DNA of 64,000 bases from a virus. Shown here in pieces: positions 38,624-49,266 of the stretch. Position numbers and translations under genes: made by a program. The stretch is from positions 64,001 to 128,000 of IMG/VR virus record IMGVR_UViG_3300032397_000003; one strand, written 5' to 3'. The notes below the pieces were generated by a model. It worked only from the letters and a program-made list of their open reading frames with translations, ran no database searches and was not told where the DNA came from. Within the stretch, counting starts at the first letter, position 1, and each line of letters begins with the position of its first letter.

Positions 38624-39637
38624 TTATAGTACCGTCCTTTTCCATAGTTTCATAAGTCTGTTTCTTGGTTCTGTAGTTGTTCCAGTTCTGGCAACGAGAG
38701 CCGAATTAAGTGTAATTGTATCAGCGTTGTAAGTCCCACCAGATGCACCACCAGAAGATGTTGACGATCGAGTAAACGCCCCAGTCGCTACATTTGCAGC
38801 CGTCATATATGTCCCAACCGTACCATTTATAACTTGACCCTGGTCAGCACTTAATCCAGTTGACCTTGCTTGTTGAGTTGTTCCATCCGTTCCCCCTGCT
38901 GTTCTGAAGTAGACATATTCCGTGTTAAACTGTTCAACCCAAGTACCACCGAATAGTGTCGCTGGTCTTGAAGCTGTAGGAAATGCTGTTGCATCTGTGT
39001 TACTTGCTGCATCCGGGTATTGAACGTAGAATGAACCTACGGGATACATAAAATCAGAAACAGCTTTAGATGTAGGAACTTTTGTTGTACTTGTTGAAAA
39101 TACTGTTTCTACGTCACACCCATCTACTTGGTCAACATTTAAATTTGCTACTTTTGTGGTTGATGTAACATAAAAAGGAGTTGTACCAACAGGTACATCA
39201 TTAGTTGTTTGTCTACCCCATGTTTTATTAGCATAAGTAACTGATGTTATTGCCCCTAAAGTAAATATACATTCTCCTAAACATACTTCATAAGGTAATG
39301 CTCCTGACCCAGATGCTCTTTGATTAAAGTCTAACCAATTTTCAGATACATCATCCCATGTATAAGTAAGTGCTATTACTGGGGTTGATGCGTTTACTGA
39401 TATAGTAGTTGCTGATCTTGTCTCTACTCTTACAAGTTTATTAGAGCTAACTTCATCTGTTTTTATATAAGCAACAAAAGGGGCTATTGTTGCCTGAGTT
39501 CCTGCATAAGTAATAGTACCACCACTATATACCCCTGGATTTATAGCTTCTCGTAAAAGAGTATTAAATTCTTTTGCTTGAGCTGGATGGTGATAATCAA
39601 ATGTTATATATTGGTCACCTAAATTCGTTATTGACAT
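38624..39637 (-). CDS. Tail fibre protein
   Basis: STTKVANLNVDQVDG, YPVGSFYVQYP..PATLFGGTW, TEPRNRLMKLWKR. Confidence 0.75.
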   Translation of the reverse strand: MSITNLGDQYITFDYHHPAQAKEFNTLLREAINPGVYSGGTITYAGTQATIAPFVAYIKTDEVSSNKLVRVETRSATTISVNASTPVIALTYTWDDVSENWLDFNQRASGSGALPYEVCLGECIFTLGAITSVTYANKTWGRQTTNDVPVGTTPFYVTSTTKVANLNVDQVDGCDVETVFSTSTTKVPTSKAVSDFMYPVGSFYVQYPDAASNTDATAFPTASRPATLFGGTWVEQFNTEYVYFRTAGGTDGTTQQARSTGLSADQGQVINGTVGTYMTAANVATGAFTRSSTSSGGASGGTYNADTITLNSALVARTGTTTEPRNRLMKLWKRTVL

Positions 39638-39648
39638 CTTTACCTCTC

Positions 39649-40815
39649 TTAAATAATTTGAAAATCAAACTTGATATTTGAATAAGTACTATTATCCCAT
39701 TGAACTTTTGGAAATGTACTATATAATAAACAACCACTGAATGAGTCTAGTATTGCAACTTCTGTAAATCCTGAAAAATGTTGTTGCTCTTTTATTAGTG
39801 TTCTAAAATTAAGGTGATCTAATTCTTCTGTTATCTTAGATACCCCACTTGTATAACTTATTTGAAATATAAAATCATGTACATCTGTAATACCAGAATG
39901 TATAATTGAATGAGTTCCTGATCCAAAATTGATATACTTCATATTTGTGAAATCAGTTGAAGTTAGAACACTCTTTTGTAAAGTTGGAGTTAATCCTTGA
40001 TAATCAGTCCATGTTTTATTAGTAACTGTATTATTACTATTCAATTCAATCTGTAAATATGGTTCATAATAGCATCTATCTGTTACTCGTTTAAATTGAT
40101 CTATATCATTTTTTAACACTTTGAGAGTTTCTAATGATTGAAATTCAGTAGCTGATTCTATAAATTTATGGGTGTAGTTGAATATCATATTTCTCGTTAA
40201 AGAAAATAATATAGCAGAGCCATCTAAGCTTGGAAATTCTACAAAGTCTAGATAAGATGGATTAAGCTCGGAATACGTTCCTGTTGATACCCTCTCAGTT
40301 GTATCTAAAGCAAATGGTGGGGTATAGTCTAATGATATATATGCATCAAGACGTACTAAACTACCTCTATAAGTATACCCCCTATCTTCTCTGTCCAGAT
40401 GGGTTGTACCTGCTTGTGATGATCCTAGTAAAGTTTCATCCCCAATATAAACATCATATATAGTATCATAAACAACTGAATATCCATTAGATATTAAATT
40501 AAAAGGTATTCCTTGTATTTGATAACAAGATGGGGTAGTTTTAGATTTAAGCCTCGGTATTAAAAATAGTAATTCTTTTTTTATGAAATCAAGGGTTGAA
40601 GTATATCCATTTAGAGTTCTTAAATTATAACCTAACATTACAGCCAAGTCTCTTAATTCTTGTTCGGTAGCATTATCAAAGTCATATTGATTAAATATAG
40701 CTTTTACTTTATCATCTCTAATATCTGTATATATAGATTGCCATACTTCAGTGAGTGATCCCCACTTAGTATCCTGCATTGCTTTTGGAATAAATCTCTT
40801 AAAGGAAAAATTCAT
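39649..40815 (-). CDS. Baseplate wedge subunit (P2 gpI / T4 gp7-like)
   Basis: Between the baseplate-J gene and the fibres; D.ATEQELRDLA..LG. Confidence 0.55.
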   Translation of the reverse strand: MNFSFKRFIPKAMQDTKWGSLTEVWQSIYTDIRDDKVKAIFNQYDFDNATEQELRDLAVMLGYNLRTLNGYTSTLDFIKKELLFLIPRLKSKTTPSCYQIQGIPFNLISNGYSVVYDTIYDVYIGDETLLGSSQAGTTHLDREDRGYTYRGSLVRLDAYISLDYTPPFALDTTERVSTGTYSELNPSYLDFVEFPSLDGSAILFSLTRNMIFNYTHKFIESATEFQSLETLKVLKNDIDQFKRVTDRCYYEPYLQIELNSNNTVTNKTWTDYQGLTPTLQKSVLTSTDFTNMKYINFGSGTHSIIHSGITDVHDFIFQISYTSGVSKITEELDHLNFRTLIKEQQHFSGFTEVAILDSFSGCLLYSTFPKVQWDNSTYSNIKFDFQII

Positions 40816-40827
40816 CTAAAAATCCTC

Positions 40828-42672
40828 TTATGATATATAAGACAAATCAGTGTTGATAAAGTCTTGGTCTATGTCAGTTATTTGGTAGAACCAGGGCAAT
40901 CTTATACTATTCCGCTGTCCAGGTGTTGTATTACCATCTTCCATCTTGTAACTGAGATATAAAACATATCCATCAGCATCAGCAGTACCTGGATTCTGTA
41001 TTCCATAAATAGCATGAGTTACATCAGCTACTATTTCAACAATTAAAAACGAATACTGATTAGTACTGTAATTAACAAATCCACCTGAAACTGTGTAACC
41101 GTTCATCCCCGATATAACCACACCTGTAGTAGATGCTATTTGTAAAGGGGCTTGCCATACATCAGCTATTTTTCTTTTAATCCATATTTCAAAACTATTT
41201 AATAGCAACCAATTTTGCTTATCTAGATCACTGGTTTGGGGTGGTATAAAACTAGAGAGTAATCTTACATTACTCATTGTAGGATTTATATCTTTTTCTA
41301 AGTAATAAATCTCTGAACTATGGTACACTATATCAGTTATAGCATCTATAACTCTATAAAAATTAGATTCATAAATATTTTGCTGAAAGTCTGCATTAAG
41401 AATATCATATTGGGTATTAAGAGCATCCTTAATATCTAAGTCCACAACTGAAAATGTTTTATTAGCTGAAATTTTTGCAGTTACATCAAATCTCGCATAA
41501 ACTTTTTGAAGTGTTTCAAAAGATACAATCTCTGTTAAACATTTTTTTGGTAAAATATAATCAGTTTCTAAACTTGTTTTTTGAGTTGCAGTTAAATCTT
41601 CTCCAGTATTAGATACTGCAGTTACATAAACTAAATTTTGATCTGAGACATTAGTTGAACCCCCTAGACTTTCTATAGTCCATACTTTAGATTTATTTAC
41701 GTAAGGAGCTGCATCAATTGCTGCCATCCAATTTTCTACTGAAGATAGTATACCACCTATTTGAAATAGATTAGGTGCATTATTTCTTATTGATTCAATA
41801 TCTTCAATCTCTGTTCCTCCAACTATACCATCCGCATGAGTACAATATAAAGTAGCTACTGTATTATCTTCATCTGTTAAAGCTGTTTTAATTACTATTA
41901 TAGCATCACTTGATGTAATATCACCAAGACTTCCCTTTGTATCAGCATATTTAATAAGTATCCTTTCTCCATTAGAAAGTTTTTTAGAGTTTATACCATC
42001 ACCAAATATAATCTTTATATAATCGTATGCAGGAGAGTTTTCTATTTGACAGTAATAATCAGTGGTATTATTTATAAGATAAAGATTAGAGGTAATATTC
42101 ACATCGTATAAGAATCCATTTGCTGAGTCTACTACCCATATTTGCAATTCATCATTATCAGTAGAATCAGAATATAAAGATATAGTTTCATTTACTATTC
42201 CAGTTGCTATATAAAGAAATTCTTTCGGAGTACCTTCTTTAACAGCAACATCTATATCTCCTACTGTACCTGTATAATAAAATACATTATCAGTAGCATA
42301 CACACTAAGAGTATTATCTACATCTATAAATGTAGCCCAACGGGGTATTCTAATTTCCTTTCCTGCATAGGTGTAGGCGGGGTTGAAGGTAGAATCAGCA
42401 CTTATCTGTAAAGTACCAATAGCCCCTGTTTTTCTATAAGGAATATATCCAAGCCATTTAGCAAGTTTGACAAGTGAGTCTCTTTTTTCTGCTGTAATCC
42501 ATTTAGCTTCTCTATATAAGAATTCAGCGAGATAAACTAATTTTTCTCCTGTATAAGCAAGCATATCAACAATTCGTTGATATACTCCATAATATAATAT
42601 TTTATTCCAATCAGATAAAAGCGAAAGTCTTGATTGTATTTCTGTTACGAGTCCGTTATACGTATAAATCAT
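40828..42672 (-). CDS. Baseplate wedge protein (T4 gp6 / baseplate J-like)
   Basis: LAKWLGYIP, IIFGDG, GGTEIEDIESIRNNAP. Confidence 0.85.
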   Translation of the reverse strand: MIYTYNGLVTEIQSRLSLLSDWNKILYYGVYQRIVDMLAYTGEKLVYLAEFLYREAKWITAEKRDSLVKLAKWLGYIPYRKTGAIGTLQISADSTFNPAYTYAGKEIRIPRWATFIDVDNTLSVYATDNVFYYTGTVGDIDVAVKEGTPKEFLYIATGIVNETISLYSDSTDNDELQIWVVDSANGFLYDVNITSNLYLINNTTDYYCQIENSPAYDYIKIIFGDGINSKKLSNGERILIKYADTKGSLGDITSSDAIIVIKTALTDEDNTVATLYCTHADGIVGGTEIEDIESIRNNAPNLFQIGGILSSVENWMAAIDAAPYVNKSKVWTIESLGGSTNVSDQNLVYVTAVSNTGEDLTATQKTSLETDYILPKKCLTEIVSFETLQKVYARFDVTAKISANKTFSVVDLDIKDALNTQYDILNADFQQNIYESNFYRVIDAITDIVYHSSEIYYLEKDINPTMSNVRLLSSFIPPQTSDLDKQNWLLLNSFEIWIKRKIADVWQAPLQIASTTGVVISGMNGYTVSGGFVNYSTNQYSFLIVEIVADVTHAIYGIQNPGTADADGYVLYLSYKMEDGNTTPGQRNSIRLPWFYQITDIDQDFINTDLSYIS

Positions 42673-42681
42673 TTTAAACCT

Positions 42682-43269
42682 CTAGCTTCCATTACAGACG
42701 ATTAGTATGTCTGTAAATTTTGAATCAGTAGGAAGAAGGTTGACGAGTTTGTATTTATTCCACTTCCAACTGTTTAAATCATAATCATAAATCAATCTAC
42801 TAGAACTTATAGAAGGTTTTTTAATTGTTACAAATTCTAATAGATTATCTTCTATATATAGTACTTCTTCATATTCAAAACTATTAGTGCTAAATTTTGT
42901 ATTAAGAAATAATGATAAGGCATCTGTTGTTCCTTCGTTTGGAATTGAGTATACAACTTCAATTTCAGTTATTCTATTTTCATAATCAGGAATTATATTT
43001 AACGCTTGTATAGTCACTTCAGGGGAGAATTCATTCATTAAAGCTGTCATCAATCTCATTTTTAAAGTCATAAAGTTTTCTGGATTTAATGTCTTAAAAG
43101 CAAAATTATCTAATGCCCCTCCTGCAAAAGGATTCATTAAGTATTCTCCTCTCTTGGAGTTTATCCATTGGTTCATTGCATTCTTAATAGCACTGGCTGC
43201 ATAATAAGTTACAGGTGTACCATCTTTATTATCCCTACTGTATAAATCTATATCTTGGTAAGTTGACAT
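42682..43269 (-). CDS. Baseplate wedge gp25-like protein
   Basis: AIKNAMNQWINSKRGEYLMNPFAGG. Confidence 0.8.
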   Translation of the reverse strand: MSTYQDIDLYSRDNKDGTPVTYYAASAIKNAMNQWINSKRGEYLMNPFAGGALDNFAFKTLNPENFMTLKMRLMTALMNEFSPEVTIQALNIIPDYENRITEIEVVYSIPNEGTTDALSLFLNTKFSTNSFEYEEVLYIEDNLLEFVTIKKPSISSSRLIYDYDLNSWKWNKYKLVNLLPTDSKFTDILIVCNGS

Positions 43270-43288
43270 TTTCCCTCTTTATATTATT

Positions 43289-43296
43289 TATTAGTA
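43289..43296 (-). promoter_or_regulatory. Class-II (late-type) promoter motif TACTAATA (representative copy)
   Basis: Minus-strand copies at 43289, 46637, 48013, 49228 and 51474 lie 20-57 nt upstream of tail genes; plus-strand copies at 2367, 13662, 19401, 23532, 28027, 29293, 51504. Confidence 0.75.
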
Positions 43297-43302
43297 AAGA
43301 AT

Positions 43303-43998
43303 TTAATTATTTTTATTCTTAGCTGATAGGATAGTAGGTAGCTGAACTGTCTTAATCAAAGTAAATGCAGCTGCATTAACAGGAACAGATGAAGGACTAC
43401 CAGGTGCAGTACATGTTACAGTAATGGCTGCAATAGCGTCAAGAATAGCTCCCAAAGTATCACTTAAAGTTTTACCTAGAACCATTTTCTCAGATGGTAC
43501 TGTTCCCCCTAATAATTCTATCTCAGTAGCTTTTATTTTAACTTTTCCATTTTTATCTATAAATATACTTGCAGTAGGGTGATATATAAATATTTCAGCA
43601 TTACTAGAATTACTATCTACTCCTATACAAATTCCATTAGGATAATAAGTATATTTAGCATTAGGGTAAACCGAAGCTGATCCTATACTTGATTTTACAT
43701 TGTCTTGAAATAAAGTATGAGGATGAAAGTCACTAAAATTTATATCTGATATATAATAAGGTTGTCTTTGAAATTCATCTATATCTTCAAACCACACCCA
43801 TACAAAAGAATTAACTTCTGGTATAAAAGAGGAACCGTGTAGATTACTTCCACCACATCCACCTGAATTACTTTGAATTGCCCATGGAAGTTCTTTGTCA
43901 GCTATACCATAATGAAGGTGCTCTATTTTTACTTGAACTCTTCCTTTCTTTTTTGTATCATTGTTTTTTATGACTTTAGCTGGAAAATATCCTTGCAT
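43303..43998 (-). CDS. Baseplate central spike (gp5/gpV OB-fold)
   Basis: KVIKNND..KGRVQVKI..LPWA..PEVNSFVWVWFE; PGSPSSVPVN tip. Confidence 0.85.
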   Translation of the reverse strand: MQGYFPAKVIKNNDTKKKGRVQVKIEHLHYGIADKELPWAIQSNSGGCGGSNLHGSSFIPEVNSFVWVWFEDIDEFQRQPYYISDINFSDFHPHTLFQDNVKSSIGSASVYPNAKYTYYPNGICIGVDSNSSNAEIFIYHPTASIFIDKNGKVKIKATEIELLGGTVPSEKMVLGKTLSDTLGAILDAIAAITVTCTAPGSPSSVPVNAAAFTLIKTVQLPTILSAKNKNN

Positions 43999-44298
43999 CT
44001 ATTGTCTCCATTTTAGGATAAAACTTTTTATATCTTCAATCTTCGGAATATATATCTCAGTCATAGGAATTATTTCAAATATATCTTCTATATTATTTAC
44101 AAGTAATATTATATCCCAATATTCAACTGATTGATAATATGTTTGAGATATAAGATAAGGTCTTTCTATTTCAATCTTAGATATCTTATGAGTAAAGTAT
44201 CCATTAGTCCATTCAAAATTTCTCCATAATACTGAAGAAGAATCTCTTATTATATTACCATCTGTATCACTTAATATTGATTGTACTTTTTCTCTCAT
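43999..44298 (-). CDS. Baseplate wedge gp53/LysM-like protein
   Basis: ERPYLISQTYY....WDIILLVNNI. Confidence 0.75.
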   Translation of the reverse strand: MREKVQSILSDTDGNIIRDSSSVLWRNFEWTNGYFTHKISKIEIERPYLISQTYYQSVEYWDIILLVNNIEDIFEIIPMTEIYIPKIEDIKSFILKWRQ

Positions 44299-44303
44299 TT
44301 GTA

Positions 44304-45044
44304 TTATCTCATTCTAGGATTTGTTTTTACTGGGGCTGCAGGTGCTTCTGGTCCATAATAATTACCATTAGTGTCAAATAATCTCCCCATTTTAAAGAAT
44401 TCTATGAAAGCAGGAACAAGACTTTGTATTTGTACATTAGCACTAGCCCACAAAGGGTAACCGTTCTCAGTGACATGTTTAGAGTAGGTTGGAGAAACAG
44501 AAAAAACAAATGCTGCTGGGAGATATATAACTCCAGGGATAACAACTGAAAAAATAGAATCCTGTTGTTGATCTATAATTTTTTGCATTTCTTTTTTTTG
44601 TTGGTCTGTAATTTCTTCTCCACCTTTATCTTTTATGTCTTTTATTTCTTGATCTATTGATCTAACATTTTTTGCATTTAACCCAGGAACCAAAACTTGT
44701 TTTTTATCCCCTGTTCTAAGTATATGAGAACCTATAAGTAAGGTCATAGGGTCAAGAACATCAGTTAAAGGATCAGTTTTTGTATAAAAAAACATATCAA
44801 CTGTAATTTTTACAGGATTTGTTTTTGTCCATCTAGGAGCATCAAGTATTGATCTTAATCCTAATCCTGTCGATCCAACTGTTCCACCCGAACTACTTAA
44901 CATATTACCAACATCTACTAGAGAAGATATAGTGGGGCATAGATCACCAAAAGTACTAAACTCAGTAGCTGTTTCTATTTGAAAATCTTCTGTTATTGGA
45001 AGATCAATTTGACCACTTGCAAATTGCATTATTATTCTATTCAT
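44304..45044 (-). CDS. Tail tube initiator / baseplate protein
   Basis: Follows the tape measure gene; GYPLWASANV. Confidence 0.5.
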   Translation of the reverse strand: MNRIIMQFASGQIDLPITEDFQIETATEFSTFGDLCPTISSLVDVGNMLSSSGGTVGSTGLGLRSILDAPRWTKTNPVKITVDMFFYTKTDPLTDVLDPMTLLIGSHILRTGDKKQVLVPGLNAKNVRSIDQEIKDIKDKGGEEITDQQKKEMQKIIDQQQDSIFSVVIPGVIYLPAAFVFSVSPTYSKHVTENGYPLWASANVQIQSLVPAFIEFFKMGRLFDTNGNYYGPEAPAAPVKTNPRMR

Positions 45045-46603
45045 TTAGACCCCAGTACAAATGTTCCTTTTCTATTCATATCAAAATCCATAGCTTTTGC
45101 TCTTCCTGCATCTCTTCCAGACTCATATTTATCTAATTTTTCTAATAAGCCAGCTTGTTTCGCTTCGGCATATCTTTGAGTGGATACTCCCATTGTTTGT
45201 GCAGCCTCTCTTAATTGCTTAACATCTTCATAATCTGCAGCATTTAGTTGTTTTTTCAATTGCTCATCCGTAGCTGAAGAGGATGCCGCTTGAACTATGT
45301 AAGACTGAGATGCTGTCTTTCCCGCTTCTTGAATTTTTTCGGTATTTCTCATATAATCTACAGCGCCATAATCCCAAATAGCACCTAACCAATTGAGTAA
45401 ATCCCCTATAACTTTTTGCACTGTATTTATAGCTGATGTTATACCACTAGTAATTTTATTAAAGAGATTACCAAAAAAATCTAATACAGGTCCAAGTTTT
45501 TTTAATACTGGTGCAGCCATTTTAGATAATTTAGAAAATAAATTTTTTATAGGTTTTATAAATATAGAATCAAATAATGTACTTAGTATTGTATATCCTG
45601 ATTTGAAAACTCTAATAGCTCCCATAACAAAATTGTATATTCCCGTTATAAGTTTAATAGGGAGTAATATAATAAATTTCCATATTTTAAATTGAAGTAT
45701 AAGAAATTTACCTAAAGCTTTAAATAAAAAACTACCTATTTTTTTAATGATAGGTAAAGCGGGAACTATGTAATCAGTAAAAAATACTTTTAATGTATTA
45801 AAAAGATCAGATATAAGAGGTTCTATTTCTTTCCAGTTATCATAAATTAAATAGGCTATAAGAGCTGCTGCTGCAACTGCTGCAACTAGAGGCCAACTTA
45901 ATACCGCCATTGCAGCACCTAAAGAACTTATTATTGGACCTAGAAATCCAACTGCCCAAACTATAGCAAGAAGTAGTGGAAGAAATTGAGCTATGAAATC
46001 AGTTATCTTTCCCCATATAGGGTCTTTTAACCCAAGCATATCAAGTATAGCTCTAAATATTTGTTTTAATACTTTTGGTATTACATTCCATAAAAGATTC
46101 CAGAACATTTTTAAAAGTGTTGGTAAGAATTTTATAAGACTTACAATAGCACTACCAATAATGCCTAAAATCCAAGGTAAGAACTTTTGTATGATTCCCA
46201 TTCTAAGTAGAACAAGAAATACAATAAGTTCAGTTATAAAACTAACTGAAGCAAGTCCTTTTAAAAATCCTAAAGTCTTTTGAAAGAAATTTGATTTAAT
46301 TACTTTTTGCCATTTTTCAGTAATCCAATGGCTTTTCTTTTTATCCCCATCTGAAGGTTCATTTTTTTTATCTTGTTTATTCCCATCTATTGATGCGCCA
46401 TATACTTTTTCTACTATTTCTATAAGTCTAGTAAATCTAGTGATAAGCATATTATGAAGTCCTTTAATGGCTAAAGTAAACATACCATTATTACCAAGAA
46501 ATTTCATAAGAAAAGGAGTATATATTTTATCAACTTTAGTTTGTTCTTTTTTTAATTCTTTACTAAGAGGTTTATTAAAATCTGGTAAAACCATTCCATC
46601 CAT
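45041..46603 (-). CDS. Tape-measure-like protein
   Basis: Long amphipathic W/F-periodic helices; LIYDNWKEI; position after the chaperone gene. Confidence 0.65.
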   Translation of the reverse strand: MDGMVLPDFNKPLSKELKKEQTKVDKIYTPFLMKFLGNNGMFTLAIKGLHNMLITRFTRLIEIVEKVYGASIDGNKQDKKNEPSDGDKKKSHWITEKWQKVIKSNFFQKTLGFLKGLASVSFITELIVFLVLLRMGIIQKFLPWILGIIGSAIVSLIKFLPTLLKMFWNLLWNVIPKVLKQIFRAILDMLGLKDPIWGKITDFIAQFLPLLLAIVWAVGFLGPIISSLGAAMAVLSWPLVAAVAAAALIAYLIYDNWKEIEPLISDLFNTLKVFFTDYIVPALPIIKKIGSFLFKALGKFLILQFKIWKFIILLPIKLITGIYNFVMGAIRVFKSGYTILSTLFDSIFIKPIKNLFSKLSKMAAPVLKKLGPVLDFFGNLFNKITSGITSAINTVQKVIGDLLNWLGAIWDYGAVDYMRNTEKIQEAGKTASQSYIVQAASSSATDEQLKKQLNAADYEDVKQLREAAQTMGVSTQRYAEAKQAGLLEKLDKYESGRDAGRAKAMDFDMNRKGTFVLGSK

Positions 46604-46656
46604 CTATGATAAACCCCCTTTTAAAAATTTTATAATTATTAGTAAGAAATTTCTTA

Positions 46657-46866
46657 TTATCTTCTCATTGAAGAACTTGAAGGCATCTTACTTGTTTCTT
46701 TTTTCATCTCAGCTTGTTTAGCTTTTTGATAAGTCTCATATTGACTATATCGTTTCTTAGCAATCCATCTAGGCATTGCTAAGACTTCATTTTCAGATAA
46801 ACCTACCTTATATACCAAAATAAATATCAAGTCCTGAATTGAATTTAGGTTTTCTCTCGGTAACAT
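46657..46866 (-). CDS. Small baseplate hub assembly protein (T4 gp51-like); start uncertain
   Basis: IFILVYKVGLSENEVLAMPRW pattern; overlaps the 3' end of the upstream gene. Confidence 0.55.
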   Translation of the reverse strand: MLPRENLNSIQDLIFILVYKVGLSENEVLAMPRWIAKKRYSQYETYQKAKQAEMKKETSKMPSSSSMRR

Positions 46867-47980
46867 CTCCCGTATGTTGTTTACGATAGTTGAGTGGGAG
46901 AAGTTGCCTTGGATCGATGACATCCCTAAGTAACCTCTTGTCTGATTCACCACACAAAGGACAAACTAATTCTGCCTCTGAGTTTAAACCAAACTCTATA
47001 TTTTCAAATAAATCCTCTATGTTGCGCATTGTCTTTCTTTTAATGCCATTTTTAAATTCTTCATATTTCTGGTCATCTGAAAGAACAACATTATTTTTAG
47101 TTATAAGCATCATCGATTTTGCATATAATACTAAATCTTTTCCTTGCGCCTCTTTAAGAGCATTTATTTCATCTTCTTTCTTTTGTTTTAATTCGTGTAG
47201 AGGAACATTAGCTTCTCTTCTATTCTGAATATTCTTAATTTTTGAACCATATAACTTATCAGAAAACTTTTTAGCTTTAAGTACATCTTCAAGTCTTGGA
47301 TATCTAATTGTATACAAAGCACCATCAGCCAATATAGTAAAAGGTTCTTTAACTTTTATCGTAGCTACTTCCACTTCTCTTGTATGTAAATCAATATCAT
47401 CTAATGGGTTATTTTTATATTTTCTTAATAGAAATTGTTTGAATTCATCATCAGACATTTCAGCAAATCTACTCGCCATATAAGCTCTCATTTCTTCATC
47501 AACTTGCTCCATAGACTTAAAAGTTAAATCAGAAAGTTCTATTATGTATTCATTTACTACTCTGTCTTTATCACTTTTTTCAGATTGACATTGACATATC
47601 CAATAATGAATATGAGTATTACCTTCATATTGTTGTTTGATAGCTATTAGAGTTTCAAGTATATCTTCTGCTGTCATATCTTTAATATTGAAATCCGGTT
47701 CATTTCTTTTTAAATCATTAAGAATGACTACAAGATTTTCTAGAAGGTTATCTTGAGTTGATAATTCAATATCATTAATATGTTTACCATTAAAGTCATC
47801 AAAATATAAAGTAGGAGGAGTAGCAAATCTTCCCTGTGATTCATAATCTATTTTTACAAACCCCGCAGTATTTTGAAATTCATCTTCTTTTTCCATATCA
47901 GCTTCTAGATTCTTTTTTTCTAAAGTCTGACTTCTTCTTCTTGCAACTTCTTCTGGTTTGAGAATAAGTGGTTCTGTCAT
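46808..47980 (-). CDS. Baseplate hub / tail assembly chaperone (T4 gp26-like)
   Basis: CQC and CPLCG Zn motifs; IRYPR; position after the tube genes. Confidence 0.65.
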   Translation of the reverse strand: MTEPLILKPEEVARRRSQTLEKKNLEADMEKEDEFQNTAGFVKIDYESQGRFATPPTLYFDDFNGKHINDIELSTQDNLLENLVVILNDLKRNEPDFNIKDMTAEDILETLIAIKQQYEGNTHIHYWICQCQSEKSDKDRVVNEYIIELSDLTFKSMEQVDEEMRAYMASRFAEMSDDEFKQFLLRKYKNNPLDDIDLHTREVEVATIKVKEPFTILADGALYTIRYPRLEDVLKAKKFSDKLYGSKIKNIQNRREANVPLHELKQKKEDEINALKEAQGKDLVLYAKSMMLITKNNVVLSDDQKYEEFKNGIKRKTMRNIEDLFENIEFGLNSEAELVCPLCGESDKRLLRDVIDPRQLLPLNYRKQHTGDVTERKPKFNSGLDIYFGI

Positions 47981-48027
47981 TAGTCTTCTCCTGTAAGTTT
48001 ATAAAAACTTTTTATTAGTATGTAAAG

Positions 48028-48672
48028 TTAAAGAGCAGATGTACCCTGGGATAATCTAATATTATCACAAGTAAACTCAGCAGTAATTATTTCATTTTCT
48101 CCTGAAGCATGGTCATATCCTATGCCTGTTACATTTTTAAACTTCATTCCATCTATTTTTATCCATTCAGGAGAAGGTAACATATCAGGTTGCATTGGAA
48201 TTATAATAGCAGTTTTTTTACTAGCGTCTTGATCATCTTTAAATAAATAATCACCCCTTAAATTTTTAAATCCAAGTGAGCTTCCTTTAGAAAATGTTAC
48301 AATCTCTTCTTCCCATTTTCTAAAATATCCTTTAACGTTACCAAAACTATTTTCTAGAAAAGTACAACTAAAAGTATCAGTATAAACTAAATCTTTTAGA
48401 AATTGTCTACCACCACTTCTTTGATATTCAAATCCAGTTAATGGGATATCATTTATAGCATATAGATTAACTCTCATCATAATGGTATCTAAAACTGATA
48501 AAGCTATACCACCCGGAGTTTTTGGAAATGTTTCTGGATAAATAAGCATTTCAAATAAACATTTATGTTGAAGTGAGAAAGTAGATGCTAAAGCTATATC
48601 AGCTTCATTTAGAATAGCTGCAGCATCTACTACAGACTTATAACCATTTATAACACTATTAGCAATAGCCAT
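48028..48672 (-). CDS. Tail tube-like protein 2
   Basis: FSCTFLEN...YFRKW; follows the tube gene. Confidence 0.55.
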   Translation of the reverse strand: MAIANSVINGYKSVVDAAAILNEADIALASTFSLQHKCLFEMLIYPETFPKTPGGIALSVLDTIMMRVNLYAINDIPLTGFEYQRSGGRQFLKDLVYTDTFSCTFLENSFGNVKGYFRKWEEEIVTFSKGSSLGFKNLRGDYLFKDDQDASKKTAIIIPMQPDMLPSPEWIKIDGMKFKNVTGIGYDHASGENEIITAEFTCDNIRLSQGTSAL

Positions 48673-48679
48673 ATTATAA

Positions 48680-49192
48680 TTACTCTACAGTCATTACAAC
48701 ATATATGAATATAACAGTTATTCTTAATGGATCACCTGATTGGTTATCAAATGTTTGAATCTTAACAGATTTAGGTTTAGCATATTTAAAACTAATAGTT
48801 TTTACACCTGATTGAGTTCTATCTTCTGCTTGTACTATCACTGTTGATCTTGCCATTATTTCTGGAAGAGCTGTACCATTAGAATGATCGTAAGACATAT
48901 CAGACCATTTTCTAATATCATCATATACTTTCCATGCTTGATCAAGTCTTATATCAATTGTAAATTCTTTTGTAGTTTCTTGTAACATACCTGTCTTAGG
49001 AATTTTAAATCCTTTTCTGAATATCTCATATACGTTTACTACATCTTCAGGTGGATCGAAAGTTTGATCACATCTTAAAGATATTGCATTAGCATCACCA
49101 CCACCTGGAATACCATTTGGAAATATAATTGAGAACTGCGATGCTAGGGCGTCGTCTCCAAGAGAGAGTATTTGATCTGTTGAAATCGCCAT
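48680..49192 (-). CDS. Tail tube protein
   Basis: 170 aa, immediately after the sheath gene; gp19-like beta pattern. Confidence 0.75.
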   Translation of the reverse strand: MAISTDQILSLGDDALASQFSIIFPNGIPGGGDANAISLRCDQTFDPPEDVVNVYEIFRKGFKIPKTGMLQETTKEFTIDIRLDQAWKVYDDIRKWSDMSYDHSNGTALPEIMARSTVIVQAEDRTQSGVKTISFKYAKPKSVKIQTFDNQSGDPLRITVIFIYVVMTVE

Positions 49193-49229
49193 TTATTTTA
49201 CCTCTTTATTTATCTAAATTATTCTAATA

Positions 49230-49259
49230 TTAGTAAGGGAATATTTCATCCCTTACTAA
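49230..49259 (-). terminator. Hairpin between the sheath and tube genes, overlapping a late motif
   Basis: ttagtaaggga-atatttca-tcccttactaa. Confidence 0.6.
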
Positions 49260-49266
49260 AATTTTA

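Noticed and set aside
36569-39637. Diversity-generating retroelement or invertible fibre cassette
   Set aside because: No reverse transcriptase, TR/VR repeat pair or invertase visible in the window
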